Assembly (NCBI GenBank): GCA_964390955.1 | Contig: CAYMKE010000001.1 | Location: forward strand, 1-47,614 | Length of the DNA stretch: 47,614 bases | Reading direction: 5' to 3' | From: an uncultured Bacteroidales bacterium | GTDB lineage: Bacteria; Bacteroidota; Bacteroidia; Bacteroidales; JBBRXJ01 | Shown: positions 46,606-47,614 of the stretch, piece by piece | How positions within the stretch are numbered: the stretch's first letter is position 1 | Layout: each line of letters opens with the position of its first letter | The notes under the pieces: generated by a model | Databases searched by the model: none | What the model saw: the letters and a program-made list of their open reading frames with translations, nothing else | Told to the model about the DNA's origin: nothing | Made by a program: the position numbers and the translations under genes

Positions 46606-47601
46606 ATGAACCAAATCAACTACAGAACATTAATCTATCATTATTTCCATGGCGATATAAGCCAGGAAGACAAAGAGCGTTTGTTTGAATGGATACAGGA
46701 AAGCGAAAAAAACAAAGAGCAATTTGAGGCGTATAAGGAAATATATGAGTTAACAAATGACATTTATTCATTTGATGCCCCCCCTGTTGAATCATCATGG
46801 AATCATATAAAAAATAAGCTGAATGATGGGGATACAACAAATATTATACAACCTCTCCACAAAAAGCCTTTGTTTAAAATCATCATGAAAGCAGCAGCAG
46901 TGGTAATCCTTGTTATTGGTATTGGGTTATTGTTTTTAAATAAAAATCAAGAGAAAATGCTAATTGTTTCGACAACAGATGCAAAAAAGATGATGGTTTT
47001 GCCTGACAGCAGTAAAGTATGGGTAAATAATAATACAACATTATATTACACAGGAGACTTTGAGAAATCAAGAGAACTTGAACTTACTGGGGAAGCTTTT
47101 TTTGTTGTTAATAAAACAAAGCAGATGTCCTCATTTATTGTTAACACTCCAGCAGGAGAGGTAACCGTTTTGGGAACATCTTTTTTAATAAAAGCAACAA
47201 AAGGAGAAACAGAAGCAGTGTATGTAAATACGGGGACGGTTCAGTATACATCAAAACAAACTAAGTCAAAAGTCATTTTACAACAAGGAGACAAAGGCAT
47301 TATACACAAAGATAAACCTGTGGAAAAAACCACAATCAATGACCAAAATTATCTGGCATGGAAAACCGACACCCTTGTTTTTGATAATCAATTAAAATAT
47401 ATTACAAACGTATTGGAAGATTATTTTGACATTCATATTTATGTTGAAAATCCCAAATTATTAACATACAATTTTACGGGTAAATTCATTAATCCCGCAC
47501 TGGAAGATGTATTTTCCGTCTTATCTGCTGCCATGAACCTAAGAATAAGATGTGTTGATAAAACGCATTATGTAATTACGGGAGAAGGTAACAACGAATA
47601 A
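46606..47601 (+). CDS. FecR family anti-sigma factor (with DUF4974-like C-terminal domain)
   Basis: An N-terminal cytoplasmic segment is followed by one TM helix (AAAVVILVIGIGLLFL). The FecR domain reads LPDSSKVWVNNNTTL...LTGEAFFVV...VTVLGTSFLI. The C-terminal domain reads LVFDNQLKYITNVLEDYFDIHIY. Confidence 0.88.
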   Translation: MNQINYRTLIYHYFHGDISQEDKERLFEWIQESEKNKEQFEAYKEIYELTNDIYSFDAPPVESSWNHIKNKLNDGDTTNIIQPLHKKPLFKIIMKAAAVVILVIGIGLLFLNKNQEKMLIVSTTDAKKMMVLPDSSKVWVNNNTTLYYTGDFEKSRELELTGEAFFVVNKTKQMSSFIVNTPAGEVTVLGTSFLIKATKGETEAVYVNTGTVQYTSKQTKSKVILQQGDKGIIHKDKPVEKTTINDQNYLAWKTDTLVFDNQLKYITNVLEDYFDIHIYVENPKLLTYNFTGKFINPALEDVFSVLSAAMNLRIRCVDKTHYVITGEGNNE

Positions 47602-47614
47602 AACCCGGGGTTTA

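Noticed and set aside
1-47614. Defence or mobile systems: restriction-modification, CBASS, retron, DGR, Abi, toxin-antitoxin, prophage.
   Set aside because: I could recognise no nuclease, helicase, reverse transcriptase, cyclase, integrase, transposase or phage structural gene in any frame. The lone SAM methyltransferase (39552-40109) is a small-molecule-type class I enzyme without DNA-methylase motifs.

Overview
This is a low-GC Bacteroidota chromosomal segment. The assignment rests on a SusC/SusD pair, two T9SS C-terminal sorting domains, a Bacteroidetes-type ECF sigma/FecR pair, an HU-CCDC81/SPOR protein and an RseC-RnfBCDGEA operon that suggests an anaerobe. About 40 genes are mostly housekeeping. 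On the + strand: rpsA, a STAS protein, rnz, guaA, tRNA-Leu(CAA), dCMP deaminase and an S41 peptidase. On the - strand: a nucleotide-sugar operon (WbpE/D/B/A-like, galE, rfbB), then a ThyA-fold gene coupled to a YhhX-type oxidoreductase, the rnf operon and a RelA-type synthetase. Further along are an RRM-Csp-NMO cluster, SusC/SusD, a methyltransferase, a 1497-aa T9SS beta-helix protein and an ECF sigma/STN protein/FecR trio. I found no integrase, transposase, CRISPR array, restriction enzyme, toxin-antitoxin pair, reverse transcriptase or other recognisable defence or mobile gene. I cannot point to a convincing new multi-gene system. The features that annotation does not explain are: (1) a dispersed family of imperfect palindromic intergenic repeats with shared sequence modules, seen at five or more loci; (2) a 19 x 8-bp, cytosine-free tandem array directly upstream of the archaeal-like ThyA-fold gene; (3) a stand-alone STN-domain/putative beta-barrel gene inserted between an ECF sigma and its FecR anti-sigma, divergent from the giant T9SS protein; (4) long low-complexity extensions on ribosomal protein S1. 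All homology calls come from motif recognition by eye and memory, not from searches.
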